Of a stretch of DNA of 64,000 nt, positions 14,801 through 28,177 are shown in pieces. This stretch comes from an uncultured virus (IMG/VR IMGVR_UViG_3300038489_000010) (taxonomy: Duplodnaviria > Heunggongvirae > Uroviricota > Caudoviricetes): the IMG/VR virus record IMGVR_UViG_3300038489_000010. One strand, 5' to 3'. Position 1 is the first letter of the stretch; every line of letters begins with the position of its first letter. The translations under genes were made by a program, and so were the position numbers. The notes under the pieces were generated by a model, which saw only the letters and a program-made list of their open reading frames with translations, was not told the DNA's origin and searched no databases.

Positions 14801-17800
14801 TTAAGTAGCTTTTAAGTGGAGATGATCCAAATAGAAACTTAATAGAGTCATTACAAACAAGAAAAGTTGGAGACCATTATGAGTTGACATTACAACCTGA
14901 TGCAGTTCAAAGTTCAGCATGGCTTGAAAGTAAACTTATATCTCGTATAAATAAAGCTGTAATTGATACAGAAGCACCTGGTGCAGCATTTATTTAGAGA
15001 TCTATATGGGGAATGGAAGGACAGTCTATGTATGAATCTAAAAATGGAGGTATAATAAGCGATTCTAACATTCCAAATACAATAAATGGAGGACATGCAT
15101 TATAGATGGTTAATGAAGAAGGTTCTATGGATTGTGTTTTATCTATAGATTTCTTTATAAAACTATTTAAAGACCCAAAAACTGGACGTTCGTTCAACGA
15201 ATATGAAGCAAAAGATAAAGATGGTCATATAATATATGATTATACTCTTGATAAAAACGGGAATAAAATACCTGTATATGAAAAAGACGAATCTGGAGTT
15301 TATAAAAAAGATGAGTCTGGAAATAAAATATAGAAGAAAGACAAAAATGGTAATCTAGTGTATCGTAGGCACAAAAGAATACTCAAAATGTCTTTTGATG
15401 ATGCAAGAAGATGGCTTATTAATCAAGGAATAATAGGCGGTCCAAAGTATGACGAAAACGGAAAAGCAATTCCTGGTACTGGAGCTAAAGCAAATATTGT
15501 AGCATATCGTATTCCTACTTAGGCGTAGGCCTCTATACATGCATTAAGATGCGTTGATGTATTACCTGTAGTAAATGATACAATAATGCTTCCTGCAGAA
15601 TTTACAAAGATTACTGGATCTGATTTCGATATAGACAAACTGTTTTTGTCAGCTTTAAACTATGAAATAAAAGACAAGAAGGCAACAACTGATGTATAGG
15701 ATGAAAATCATCGTTTATAGAATGATATTCTAACTGGATATTTAGCTCTATTACTTGATAAAGATTCAGAAACAGGATAGCCACGTAGTATGAATATACT
15801 ACATAGATCTATCGATAATGATACAAAGCTTGCTAAAGATGTATTAAAATATCTAGAAGAAGGTCGTAAAGATAGCGTTGAGGAGCCTTATGATTTCTAT
15901 TCTCTACATAAGCAGACTACCGCAAAAGATGATTATATAACTGGTAAAATAGGTATTGGTCCATTTGCTCTTAATAATAATAATCAAATATTAACAATAT
16001 TATATAATGTAAAGTTTAACAGAAGTAAAAACGGATTAATGTCAATATTAAATCTTGATAGGTTAGATAGAACTATAAGTCTAGATGGAACAAACGTATT
16101 ATCTTGGCTATCTGCTATGATTAACGCACATGTTGATATTGCCAAAGACCCATGGATTTCAAGACTTAATGTTTGTCCATTTACATATAATATAGTAAAC
16201 CTGTTATTTAGAACAGGTTTTGGATCAAACACATTGTATTTTGTTAATCAACCTATAATGAAAGTGTTAGCAAAAGCTTATATGCAAGCTGGTGCTACAT
16301 ATATGTAGGAAGGTGGTTCTAAGTATAAACGTCAATAGGACGCTATCGAGAACGTACAAAAGCAATTATTTGATGATAATCTTGTTATATATTCATATAA
16401 TACTATACCTAACGAAGAAACTGGAGAATAGCATAAAGTTGATATAACATTTAAAGATGCGCTTAAAATTATTAATACTCCAAAAGACGATAGAAAGCTC
16501 ATAATAAATAAAAAGATAAAAGAGCTATTTGATTCTAATGTTGTAAAACAAGATGCAAAAGCTTATAATTAGTTATCTAACGAAGAAAAGGATAAATATT
16601 TTATAGATAAAGATAATGTTGTAAATCAAGCATTAATGTATCTTGCTTATAAATAGTTTGATAAATATGCTGCTGCGTTGTCAAATCTTGTTAAATATTG
16701 TAAGATTGATACAAAAAAATAGGGTAAAAGTATTGCTGAACAATATATATACAAGAAGGGATATGATGATCTGTTTAGTAAAGATGGAGAATCTGGTAAA
16801 TTATTCGATCAATATAGTTTATCAAAACTAAATAATAATTCATATATTGGAGTAAAGACTAAGAATGCACTTAATGCAACTAATTCTATACTTGCTCCAT
16901 ATTTTATATCAGCAACACCTGCATTTAAGAATACACTTGATATATTGTTAAATATGACAGGACATAGTGGTACTTAGATTAGTACAAAAACTGTTAAAGC
17001 AATGTCTTAGGCGTTAAATGCAGCAGTTAAATCAGAATATTTTAATATGTCTGCTGATGCTATTAAATAGGCAGAAGGTAATCCAGATTATCTGCATGAT
17101 CTTGTTAATACTAGTGCAGAAAACGTAGATTATACATATGACGAAAATGCTGGAGAAATAACTATTAATAATCATATACATAATCTTCGTTCATACATCG
17201 GTGGTAGAATATAGCTTAAATACAAAGGATTAGATGGCAAATAGTATTCTGTTGTTGCTATTATAACGTCTGTAACAGGTAAAAATAAAGCAACAATTGA
17301 ATATAATGGTCAAAAACCAATTGGATTACCTAATGGTTCTGCAATATTATATGATGGTGCTAACACTATATATGATAGACTTGCTAGATTACAAGTATAT
17401 GTAAATTCTCATAATGGTTTAGCAAGCTTACAAAGAAATTAGTTGTTACAAATGCTTGTTCCTGGAGCAGAATTTCAGTATAAAAAACCAGCAGATAATT
17501 AGATTGGTGAAGCCGCTGATACTTATGAACATGCAAAATTTGTTAAATTATAGAATTTTGTTGAAGATGGAGGAATAAATTCTAACTATATAATTGATGC
17601 GTGGGATGAATTATTGCATTATACAAACTAGGATGAAGCTTTGTAGAATACTATACGAACATTTGCTAGAGACTTAGTTTATTATGCATTTATAACATCT
17701 GGTGATAGTAATGGATTTACAAAAATGTTTAAGTATGTTCCAGCATCATGGAGAAAAGAATCTCCTATTGACGGTGTAGAAAGCTATTCAGATTTTATAA

Positions 17801-19137
17801 AATCAAAGCTTAATGATTATGTAAAAGCACCAGCACAAGATCCTAATTGGATTAAAAAATCTAATAGCGATGTTATTAAGGCATCTGTAATGAGTGATCT
17901 TGATCTTAATAATGTTATACTTAATAATTGGTATGATAATCAATTTATACCAGTATATAGCGAAACAGAAAAGACTGAGAATGGATCTTTACCTAACTTT
18001 ATAAAATCATATCCAAAAATAAATGGAGAAGAAGCTAATTTCCCATCTATTATTGGTGCTGTTAGATATGTTGACGGAAAATGGAAAGAAACTATAAATC
18101 CGTAGAATGCTCCTAGATTTATAAAGATAAGAAGGCACAGAAAGGCTTATAATACGCAGAGATTATATACAATTTATAAAATACATGATATTGCCAAAAC
18201 TAAAGACGGAGTATCTTATCCGGTTTATGTTAAAGTAAATCCTAAAGGAAATAAATTCTCTGGAGGATTTATGATAACAGAATATGGAAGAGATGATACC
18301 GCTACTGCAAGAGATGGAAATGAAATGTCTGTAGACGAAAGCATTCTTGATTAGTGGTATAAAGTTAATGACTTCATGTAGAAACTTCCTATTTATTATC
18401 AGAATGCAAATCAACAGTATATCAATATTATGGGAGACCTTAATAGACAATATGCAGCTAATAATCCAGGAATGAACGTTGACAAGGAATGGGGATTAAC
18501 ATCTAAGACCGGAAATAAAACAGATACACTTTAGAATACTTATGAAAATATTATACAAGTATATAATGGTAAGTGGTCTAGAGAATCTGTTGCACAAGAT
18601 CAAGATTCATTATATATATTTACAGATAATACTGATAGAACATCTGGTGGTACGGCTACAGAAAAAGAATCATGGTATACTAAAAAATATGGAAAATCAG
18701 AATATGGTAGTTTAAACAATCCAACAACAGCCGTTATTAGAGGACTTGAAAACGCTGCGCCAATAAGTACAATGAAGTATTTTTATAGAAATCATAATGG
18801 CATGAATATTGATGGAGCAAGATGGAACGATTCTGATTTTAATGAATTCAAGAAAGTTATTGACGATGAAATAGAGTAGATTAAGAAGTTATGGAATACT
18901 GGTAAATATTCTAGAATTTATATACCTTCTGGCGATGGATTTTTTAACGCTAAAATATCTAAAATAACAGAATAGAGAACTCCTAAATTATATGAATATT
19001 TAAAGACAAAACTTTCTGAACTTAGAGATCTTAAATAGATTACAGATAGTTCAACTAAAGAAGAAATGAATAAATTAGACGACTCTAAGTTTGATGATGA
19101 TTATATGAACTTTTGTAAAGGAATAAATAAAGATTAA
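2863..19137 (+). CDS. Giant virion-packaged DNA-dependent RNA polymerase polyprotein (~5424 aa), TAG=Gln
   Basis: All long + fragments from 3868 to 17725 share the frame of ATG 2863; TAA at 19135-19137. Motifs: GSDFDIDKLF (DFDID 15622-15636), YRIPT(Q)A(Q)AS with TAG at 15520 and 15526, zincin HESLH 10357-10371, PD-(D/E)xK GETD..DIK 7663-7722. Confidence 0.9.
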
Positions 19138-19142
19138 GCGAT

Positions 19143-22100
19143 ATGAAAATATGTCCAAATTTAAGTAACCCACAAGTAGCTGAATAGTGGGAAGAATTAG
19201 TTGAAAATCTTGATGGAAGTGTCAAGGCGGCATACTAGGTATGGTCGCTTAATAAAGGAAATATGATAGATAAGGCTCCTAATGGGGAGCCTTCTATCCT
19301 ATTTCATACATTATTATCTATATATAATGGAGATAGAAAAAATGCTATATAGGCAAAAGCTAAATTATATACAAAAGAATTTATAAATTGGTTTGGAGAC
19401 TGGACTGGAGAATATGAGGATGAAAAAGGAGAAAATCCTTATACTGAACATTCTGCTGCTGTTGATGAAAATGGAGAACCAAAAATATTATATCATACAG
19501 TAGGAGATAAATATGATGCTAATTTTAGTATATTTAATACTCATATCGAAGGTAAATTAACGTAGATTTATACTTCTGATAATAAATATTTATCTGAATC
19601 ATATTCTGAAAAATAGCAAAGTTATAAAACATATGATGATAATAGAACAAAACCGTTTTATGCAAACATACGTAAACCATTAATTATTAATGGTAATGGT
19701 GCTAGATGGAATCAACTAAGTTTTATAACAACTGATACAAGCAATATAACAGATGAAGATAAAAAATATGCAAAAGACTATTTTGATTATTTTGAAAAAG
19801 TTTTAAAACAATTTCTAAATGAAAATAAAGATGTGTATGATGAAGCAATGCGTAATGCTGATTATGCACTTATGAATGCTGCTGCAAATGGAACAGAAGA
19901 ACCAGATATATTTGATTATCTTGACGATGCTTCATAGGGTTTTATTTTAAAAATAGTTAGTGATAAATATCCAAAACTTCCAAGCAAATATGCAATAAAT
20001 AAACATCTTAATTACAGGTCACTAAAAGAAAAAGATTTGCCTGGCGTAAACAAAATGATAGTAAAAAGCAATCGTCATGCGCTTAGTACTAGAGATATAG
20101 AACATCTTGTTAATAATAACGATTTATATGATGGAATTATATTTAATGATATAATTGATATTGGACCTTATTCATGGAGTGATCAATTATCAAATGTATA
20201 TACAGTAAGACAATCTTCGCAGCTTAAATCTATATATAATAATGGTTAGTTTTCTGACGATTAGAATTTTTATTATAATATATCTCCTCGTTCGTTAATA
20301 CAAAGTATTCAAAAAAAATGGAGAAATAATAATGATAAAAAAGGAATGACTAAATAGTAGGCTGAAAATCTTCAAAGTGCTTTATTCTATTCATTTGGTA
20401 TATTCCCATCTGTTGAAGAAACAAACACAAAAGGAGTATATAATTTAAATTCTTTTAATTATGATTTAGCTACAAATAAAGATTTACATGATCCTAAAAA
20501 TCTAGAAAGAGATCTGTCTAGTTGGAGCGACGAAGCAATAATTTCTTTTGCAAAATCATTAAACGCATCTTTTGGTAATATGTTTACTGTACATATACTA
20601 ACAGAAAATGAATGGAAAAATAAAAAGTTTTCAGACATAAGTAACGGTGTAATAGATGGAACCGATGTCTATCTGCGTAAAAATAGAATGAATGGTCAAA
20701 TAGCAGCAGAAGAGATGCTGCATACATTTGTGTATAATGTTGCTATTAAAAATCCAGAATTGTTTAAATAGTTAGCACAAAGCGCAAGAGAAAACTTTTA
20801 GAAATTAGCATTTGAAATAGACAGCCTTTATACTCAACATAAAGATGAAGAATTAGTTACACAAGCTTTATCTAGATGCTTTACTTTAAAATATATACAA
20901 AATGACGGAAAGAAAAATAAGTTTATATCATGGCTTAAAAAAGTTGGGCAATTGGTATTTAAATTATTTAAGTCAGTACCAGTATTTAATAATATTATAA
21001 ATAAATATAATATTACTGTTGATAATATGACTGATAAAATGTCATTTAATGTATTAACAAAGCTATTAATGTCTGAAGATGTTTAGTTTATTGGTTTAAC
21101 AACAATTCCTTCAACTAGAAATAATATTAGTCCAAAAAATACAAAACCATTTGGAGAAGAAATATATAGTACATTAGCTGATGCTATTTCTAAAAGAGAT
21201 CAGTATATAGATTAGATAAAAGCACAATATAAGAAAGATACTGGTAAAGATATGTAGGCCAGTTAGATAAATAAAGCAAAATCTTCTTATAACAAGAACC
21301 AGCTTTAGCAATCTCTAGACTAGTATCAACAGATTATAGCTTCTGCTCATAAACTATATATGAACGATGGAATGTGGATGTCAACAAGACATGGAAAAGA
21401 TGATACAATATTAGAATTCTTTGTAAATTCTTTAAATCCACAAACATTCGATAGATATAGAACTAGATAGTCTGAAAAATACAAAGCTTTTGCGCCAATA
21501 CAAGACCCTTCTAGTGCAGTTAATATGATTCGACAAGCATTTGAAGATGGAGACGTATAGACTTTAGACAAAATTATGGCTAGAGACTATGTAAGAATGA
21601 TGTGGGATAGCGATCTAATTCAAATTGGACTAGATATGCTTAATTCAGAATAGAAAGGAACTTCTCAAGAACTTGAAACTAGATTAGTTGATACTATTAC
21701 TGATGAAAAACTAGAAAGTCGTATACATAATAAAAAGATAATTGAATATGTTAAAACATTCTGGCAAAAATTAAATAATCTTGTTAAATCTTTATTTGGA
21801 AAGCATGTTTATACAAAAGAATAGCAATCTGAAATATTAACAGCTATTCAATCATCAATGTTATGGAACAGAGAGCTTGAAAAATCAGAAGGTTTGTAGC
21901 CAATATACAAACGTGCTGAAGCTGATTATGCATCTACATTATCACAAACTCCATATGACGAACGGGCTATATCTACAATAATAGAAGGAACAAAAACAAG
22001 ACTAAGAGCAGCTAATGCCAAGAAGAATAAAAACTAGAGTTTAATAAATAAACTTAAGTCTTAGATAGAAAATAATGAGCGTATAAATCCTAAAGATGTA

Positions 22101-25100
22101 AAACAAGAATACAATCTTATTGTTAAAACTATTGAAAATGCAAATAAAGATATAAATAGTACGTTGCTATATCTTAGTAACCTTGATTATAATAATGTTG
22201 GTTCTTGGAACGCAGAACAATTAAACTCTATTCAACGTGATGTTATTGGTTTTTATAGCGGTATAATGGATAATATTTAGGCTTTATTTCCTTAGAATGA
22301 AGAAACAGCATTATCTTTATATAATAAGTATATGCTAGCTAAAGACCCGAATGGAATAGACGTACAAGCCGCTTTAAACGAAGTATAGTCAACTATAAAT
22401 AGAGTAAGAGAATTGTATAGAGATGAGGTTTTACATAGATTTGCAAGATTTTATATAGACTCATATATAGACTCTTAGGATTAGCTTTAGGATAAGGAAA
22501 AATTAAAAGCACGAGCAGATAGATTTTTATCTCAAGATGCTTAGTACGGAAATCTTGCGTCTGGAGAAATAATAGTAGGTATGGCGTCTAGATCAAAAAG
22601 TCCAGTTGTACGTATAATTGATTCGATAATTCAAGATACAGAAGCAGAAAAAGGACGTATTGTTCTAGCAACAGGTAAAAAACTTGTTGATGCTTATAAT
22701 AAAATAAGACCAACAGGCTCATAGATTTCTCCAACAAACTATTAGAAGAAATTTATGGCTTTAGACAGAGATGGAGTGCCAACTGGTTATCTTATAAATG
22801 ATCTTAATAGAGGATAGTTCTATATAGATAGAGATGAGTTTATTTCAAAGTTAAACGATAAGTACTCTAACAAGGATAAATATGGAGACGCAGCTATAGA
22901 TATTGATGATTAGGGTAATATAACATGGAACGACGAAGATGAAACGGCTGACAAATCTGTTTATAATCAATATAATGACGAATTAGACGAATGGCTTGAT
23001 AAGCATTGTATAAGACGTTATAAGCTTGAATATTACAAAAAACGTAGAAGATACTTATCTAGATATGCATTGTAGTTATAGAGGCAAATACAGCGTGATA
23101 TAGCTATTCTTACACAAAAAGCTACTGTTGAAGCTGAAGAAGATGGAAAGAAATTTAACTATATAGATACATCAAAACTTACATATCAAGAATTAAAACG
23201 TTTAAAAAATCTTCGTAAACAAAAAAGAGATCTTGGTTCTCATTATATAATAACAAGTGACAAAACTGGATTGTTACATGTTGAAGAAAAGGTTGGAGAT
23301 GCTTTAAAAGTTGCTGACGAAATATCAAGATGGAATAATTTTTTGCGTGACCACGTTAAATATAAACCAGATTGGAAAACGTTTAATAAAGTTAAAGAAG
23401 ATGTACTTGGTAAAGATGTCGATATGAGATTGATACGGTTACATACAGCCGCATTTATCGATGAAAACAAATAGTACACAGACGAATAGTTGAATGCTGC
23501 AAAACAAGCATAGAAAGAATACAATGAGTTATATGATAAATGGAAGAAGTTTATGGATGATAACTCTTGTTATTAGATAACTCCTCAATTTTGGGATTTA
23601 TTAAAGCGTTCTGTTGGGCACTTTAACGACGAAAAACTTTCTATGTTACAAAAACGTCATACAGAACTTGTTAGAGCTCTTAAAGATAAAGACGATTTAT
23701 GTGCTCCTAATCTATATACTAAAGCTGGTCTTGGAATAAATACTGACAGATCAATGTGGACTGAGCTTAAACGTATAGAATAGGCTATTGCTGATAGAAA
23801 AGCAGAGTTACTAAAAGAAGGTTAGCATATTGATGGTACAAAAGAAGTAAAATTCGGAGATATTGCTAACATGGCTAATGCTATAGTTTCTGATTAGGAC
23901 TAGCAGGCTTTCTTGCCATATTTATATAACTAGTGGGCAAATGCAGCGTCTAATAACACAGATTTATGGGGAACATTCAACGATTTGTTCACATATAATG
24001 GAATTGGTAAGAATGGATAGAGATAGGTTTAGTATCTAAATGTATTTAAATATCTTGAACCAAGAGGTTTTAAAGTATTAGATGGTAATGGTAATTAGAT
24101 ACAAGCTATAGAACGTGTTCCTATAAACGAATATCAATCTCTTGATGAATCATCAGATTTTGTTAATAATGAATTATATTCAAAAACACGTGCTGATTAT
24201 AAAGGTTAGCAATTTGACAATAATGATGGTCATGCAATGTAGCCATTATATAGTTTATATAAAGATAAAAGATTTGACAAACTAAACGATAAAGAAAAAC
24301 AATTCTTAGATTTATTACGTTCAACATTAAATGAAGCTAATTCTAAGATACCGCAAAGAGCGCTTTCTAGAGATGGATTACTTCCGTAGATTACTGGATA
24401 GAAGATGTCTTTGCTTGGAAGAAGTTTCACAAATCATAAATTCTGGAGTACTATAGGATATTGTATACAAGACATAGCTGGAAAAACTTATGCAGAATCT
24501 GATAAAGATGCAACTACAAATATAGATTTGCCAAGAAGACCAGATGGCTCTATAGTTAATAACATACCAATAAGATATGTAAATAGACTTAATAATAGAG
24601 CATTGTTATCAACAGATGTTCTTGGATCTATAATTGAGTATTATAACATGGCAACAAACTTTGAGTAGAAATCTAAGAATATAGACTAGCTGGAACTTGT
24701 TCAACAAGCGTTATAGGCTCAAGCATCTAAGTATAATGTTAAGCCACAATAGGCTGATAAGGTTAAAAATATGTTAACATAGGCTTATTATGGTAAAACA
24801 ACATCATTTAGTTTTAATGATGATGAAACTATAACAACTGGAAAGGCTAGAACTATATAGTTTGCAAAAACGTTTAGAAAGTTAGCAACATGGTCAATGC
24901 TTGCAGCTAATTTTACTACAATACAAGTTGGTTATTTTGACTCGTTAATGTCTGCTATTGCTGACGCGTTTGGAGGAAAATATATTACTGGATCAGATTT
25001 TAGATATGGATTTATTCATTCTATGATACATTTTGTTAAAATGATTTCAAATATAGGAAATCCAATTATTAACGATAAGCTGTCAGCGGCAATGCAATAT

Positions 25101-26489
25101 AACTAGTTATCTAAATCTAATTCTGAAATATTCGGGTAGTTAGATTAGTCTAAAATAAGTCGCATATTAGATTAGTATTTTACTATGGGAGGTTATACGT
25201 TAACTGATTATATGATAAATTCATCAGTTCTTATGTCTTTTTATCATGCGTGTAGACTTATACAACTTCCAAATGGGAAACAAGAGTTTTTAAACAAATC
25301 AGAAGCAATAAATAGATTAACAAAACTTGGTTATACTTATAAAGAAGCTGAAAATACATGGAAGAAATCAAAAACTAATCTATGGGATGCATATGAGTTA
25401 AAAGATGGTTTATTTTAGGTAAAAGATTAGTATAAAAATATAGTAACAAAAAGAGTTGAAAACCAAATGTAGAAAAAACTACATGATAGGACTGCAGTAT
25501 ATAATGGAGTTGTTCCAATGTCTGAAAAGGCAAAGCTTCAATAGAATATATTTGCTTCATATATATCTTTAATGCGTGGTTTCTTTATTAATACTTATTG
25601 GGATAGATTTAATACAGGTGTTGACTATGCAAATATAAATGACGATGAAGATGTTAACTGGAAATCTGAATATAAACGAGACGATATGGGTTTTGAAGAT
25701 TTAAGAACTGGAGAATTTCAAGGAGCTTTATTTAAGGATTTCTGTAGAGGACTTTCAAAAGGATTGCATAACATGAAATTCGCTTTACATCTTGCGCAAT
25801 CTAAAAATAAACTAACACCTAATTAGCTGTATGCTGTAAAAAGATGCGGTGCTGAAATTACAATGATACTTGGTTTAACAGCATCATTACTTGGAGTTGT
25901 ACTTCCATGGTGTTTTTCTGGAGATGAAGATGATGATAAAGACCCTGTATGGACTTTAAATATATTTGATCCAGAAGGAGAAGATAGACCACTTCTTGAT
26001 GTTGATTGGAGTAGAGCAAATAATTCATTAAAGAACTGGATGAGATGGAAGTTAATGCTGTTAAATACACGTCTTATAAACGAACGTTTAACACCTTGGC
26101 TACCGCAAACAGCAATGGATTTAATTAACTCTCCAACTACAGCATTGTCTTATTACGATAATCTATCTATGAGCGCTGATCTTGTAAAAGATATTGTAAC
26201 GGGTGACATCAACACAGAAATAAAATCTGGTGGATATAAAGGAATGTCAAAAGGAACAAAAGATGTCCTTGCAACATTTTCTCATATACCTATTAATAAT
26301 ATTGTTAAAGATTTTCATGTTGGAGGCATTAAATCTACATTTAATTATTATAGAAATCAATCTGTACTTCCGTTCTTTATTCCTTCTATGCGAGAATGGA
26401 AAGATGATTAGGAAGATTCCACAGAAAATAGTAATGATTAGAGCGGATTTGATTCTGATTTAAATCTTGATATAAATTCTGGATTTTAA
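19143..26489 (+). CDS. Large virion cargo/polyvalent protein (~2448 aa) with an N-terminal ADP-ribosyltransferase-like domain, TAG=Gln
   Basis: ATG 19143 (MKICPNLSNPQVAEQW...APNGEPSILF); fragments 20037-25863 are in frame; TAA at 26487-26489; motifs FINWFGDW..VDENGEPKILYH..YDGII..QLKS. Confidence 0.85.
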
Positions 26490-26532
26490 TTCACAGCTAT
26501 CTAACGTGTTGTTATCATCAACATATAACAAT

Positions 26533-26572
26533 AAAGGGGAATATTCAGTATTTACTGAGTACTCCCCTTTTT
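26533..26572. terminator. Bidirectional intrinsic terminator between the convergent late and replication blocks
   Basis: AAAGGGGA-ATATTCAGTA-T-TTACTGAGTAC-TCCCCTTTTT hairpin with A and T tracts on both sides. Confidence 0.8.
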
Positions 26573-27049
26573 CTATGCTGCTAATTCAAGTTCATCAGCA
26601 ACATCGAAATCGCCGTCATCTAAAGGTAAAGCGGAATCGTCTTTAGGTATTATTTTTGTTCCACCAAAAACGTTGTTGACAATCCACGGATCTTTACCTT
26701 TCCAAAAGTTAACTAATCTCAACTTTTGAGCATTATTGCAAATGACAGCGCCTTTTTTTAGTTTGTTTATTACAGGATTAATTGTATAACAATATACATA
26801 GTATGGTTTACCATGTACAGTTATAGTTCTACTATTATAAAAAGAATCTAATCGTTTCATTCTATATATCGCAGAACTTACATATTTACCATTACTTTCT
26901 GGATCATACATTAAAAACATATGATTATCAAGAAATGGACGATCTAAATCGTAAAAATATGCATCAACTAATCCTGATTCCGGCCCTATATCATTAAATG
27001 TTATTTTATCATCCAACAAACACACGGCCGCATTCTTTACATGGCTCAT
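26573..27049 (-). CDS. Hypothetical protein (ends ELAA-TAG)
   Basis: 158-aa ORF with a 4-nt overlap with the upstream nuclease gene. Confidence 0.75.
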   Translation of the reverse strand: MSHVKNAAVCLLDDKITFNDIGPESGLVDAYFYDLDRPFLDNHMFLMYDPESNGKYVSSAIYRMKRLDSFYNSRTITVHGKPYYVYCYTINPVINKLKKGAVICNNAQKLRLVNFWKGKDPWIVNNVFGGTKIIPKDDSALPLDDGDFDVADELELAA

Positions 27050-28038
27050 AGGCTCAATTTTTCGGCTCCATCACCATCATAATAAGACTTATAATAATCC
27101 CATTTACCAGTTTCTTGATGCCATTTAATCTCAGCTAACGCTTTTTGAATTGTTTTACATCGACTATTAACTTGGTTCTCATCAAATTGAAACACTCGAA
27201 TTTCATTTGTGTTTGTATCAATAGCGATTATATACCATTGAAATTTCCACGTTTCATCGAGTTGTTTAAAATGATTATATATATACCATTTAAGAGCCAT
27301 TGTATAATAACACAATTGTCTTAAATAGTCATATTGTTCCATTGATTGTTCAAAACCATATACATGCACTGTTGTTTTTAAATCCATCAATGTACATATA
27401 CGATTCTTAAAATCAAAATGAACAGAATCAAGTAAGCTTTTGCAAGCTATTTCTTTATGATCATATGCATAGGCATTCCAGTTTATATGGAATTCATGAT
27501 GTAGTTCATCTTCTTGACTAACATATTCATTCTTAAGCAACTTACTAGCTAGCTTATGTTTCTGAATATTCTCTGCTATCTGCATAAGTTGATTAGATTG
27601 CCATTGAGTTATCATAATCCTGTTATCAGTCTTCTTAAACTCAATATAATCCTTCAACGTAGAGGCTATTTTAAGGCCTTCTGACAGCATTTTATCATTA
27701 GTCTTTCCAACTATACTATAACACTTCTTATAAGCCTCTATAACGGCTTTATTTGGCTCTATTTCTGTACTATTTATCAACTCTTGAACAAACTTCTCCT
27801 GTTTATCAGAAGATGGCTTTGGTTTATCCCAAACCACATAGTCTTTCGAGAATTGTTCTGGCTGTAAAAGATACTCATGAATCATAGTTCCACGAGCTAA
27901 CTGAGGGCCTTTATCACCCTCAGCTTTTCCAGTCAGCATATCGTGCAGATATTTTGGTCCTTTTTTCAGAAACCACCCTATCTCACTATTAGAGATACGA
28001 GTCATATCTGAATAATAGGAATCTTGTTCGTTATTCAT
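27046..28038 (-). CDS. PD-(D/E)xK exonuclease (RecE/Exo VIII-like)
   Basis: ISNSEI, RGTMIHEYLL, KSLLD..DLKTT and YLRQLCYY motifs. Confidence 0.85.
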   Translation of the reverse strand: MNNEQDSYYSDMTRISNSEIGWFLKKGPKYLHDMLTGKAEGDKGPQLARGTMIHEYLLQPEQFSKDYVVWDKPKPSSDKQEKFVQELINSTEIEPNKAVIEAYKKCYSIVGKTNDKMLSEGLKIASTLKDYIEFKKTDNRIMITQWQSNQLMQIAENIQKHKLASKLLKNEYVSQEDELHHEFHINWNAYAYDHKEIACKSLLDSVHFDFKNRICTLMDLKTTVHVYGFEQSMEQYDYLRQLCYYTMALKWYIYNHFKQLDETWKFQWYIIAIDTNTNEIRVFQFDENQVNSRCKTIQKALAEIKWHQETGKWDYYKSYYDGDGAEKLSL

Positions 28039-28177
28039 TGTTATCGTACATTTCGTGATCTAAACGCTTAGTTACTTGAACAATCTTTAAAGCTTTATGA
28101 TAGTCATCCTCATTAACAGCTTTCTCAAATTCTTCGTGTAACTTACGTATTCTTTTACGAAATTCTTCTTCAGTCAT
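28031..28177 (-). CDS. Small coiled-coil protein (48 aa)
   Basis: MTEEEFRKRIRKLHEEFEKAVNEDDYHKALKIVQ...; fills the gap and overlaps both neighbours. Confidence 0.6.
   Translation of the reverse strand: MTEEEFRKRIRKLHEEFEKAVNEDDYHKALKIVQVTKRLDHEMYDNNE

Noticed and set aside
528..26070. Short - strand ORFs and off-frame + ORFs in the late block
   Set aside because: They are shadows of the long recoded genes with no recognisable motifs
1..26489. Pseudogenisation or sequencing errors explaining the fragmented ORFs
   Set aside because: The fragments stay in one frame per gene and the breaks I checked are all TAG, which indicates recoding
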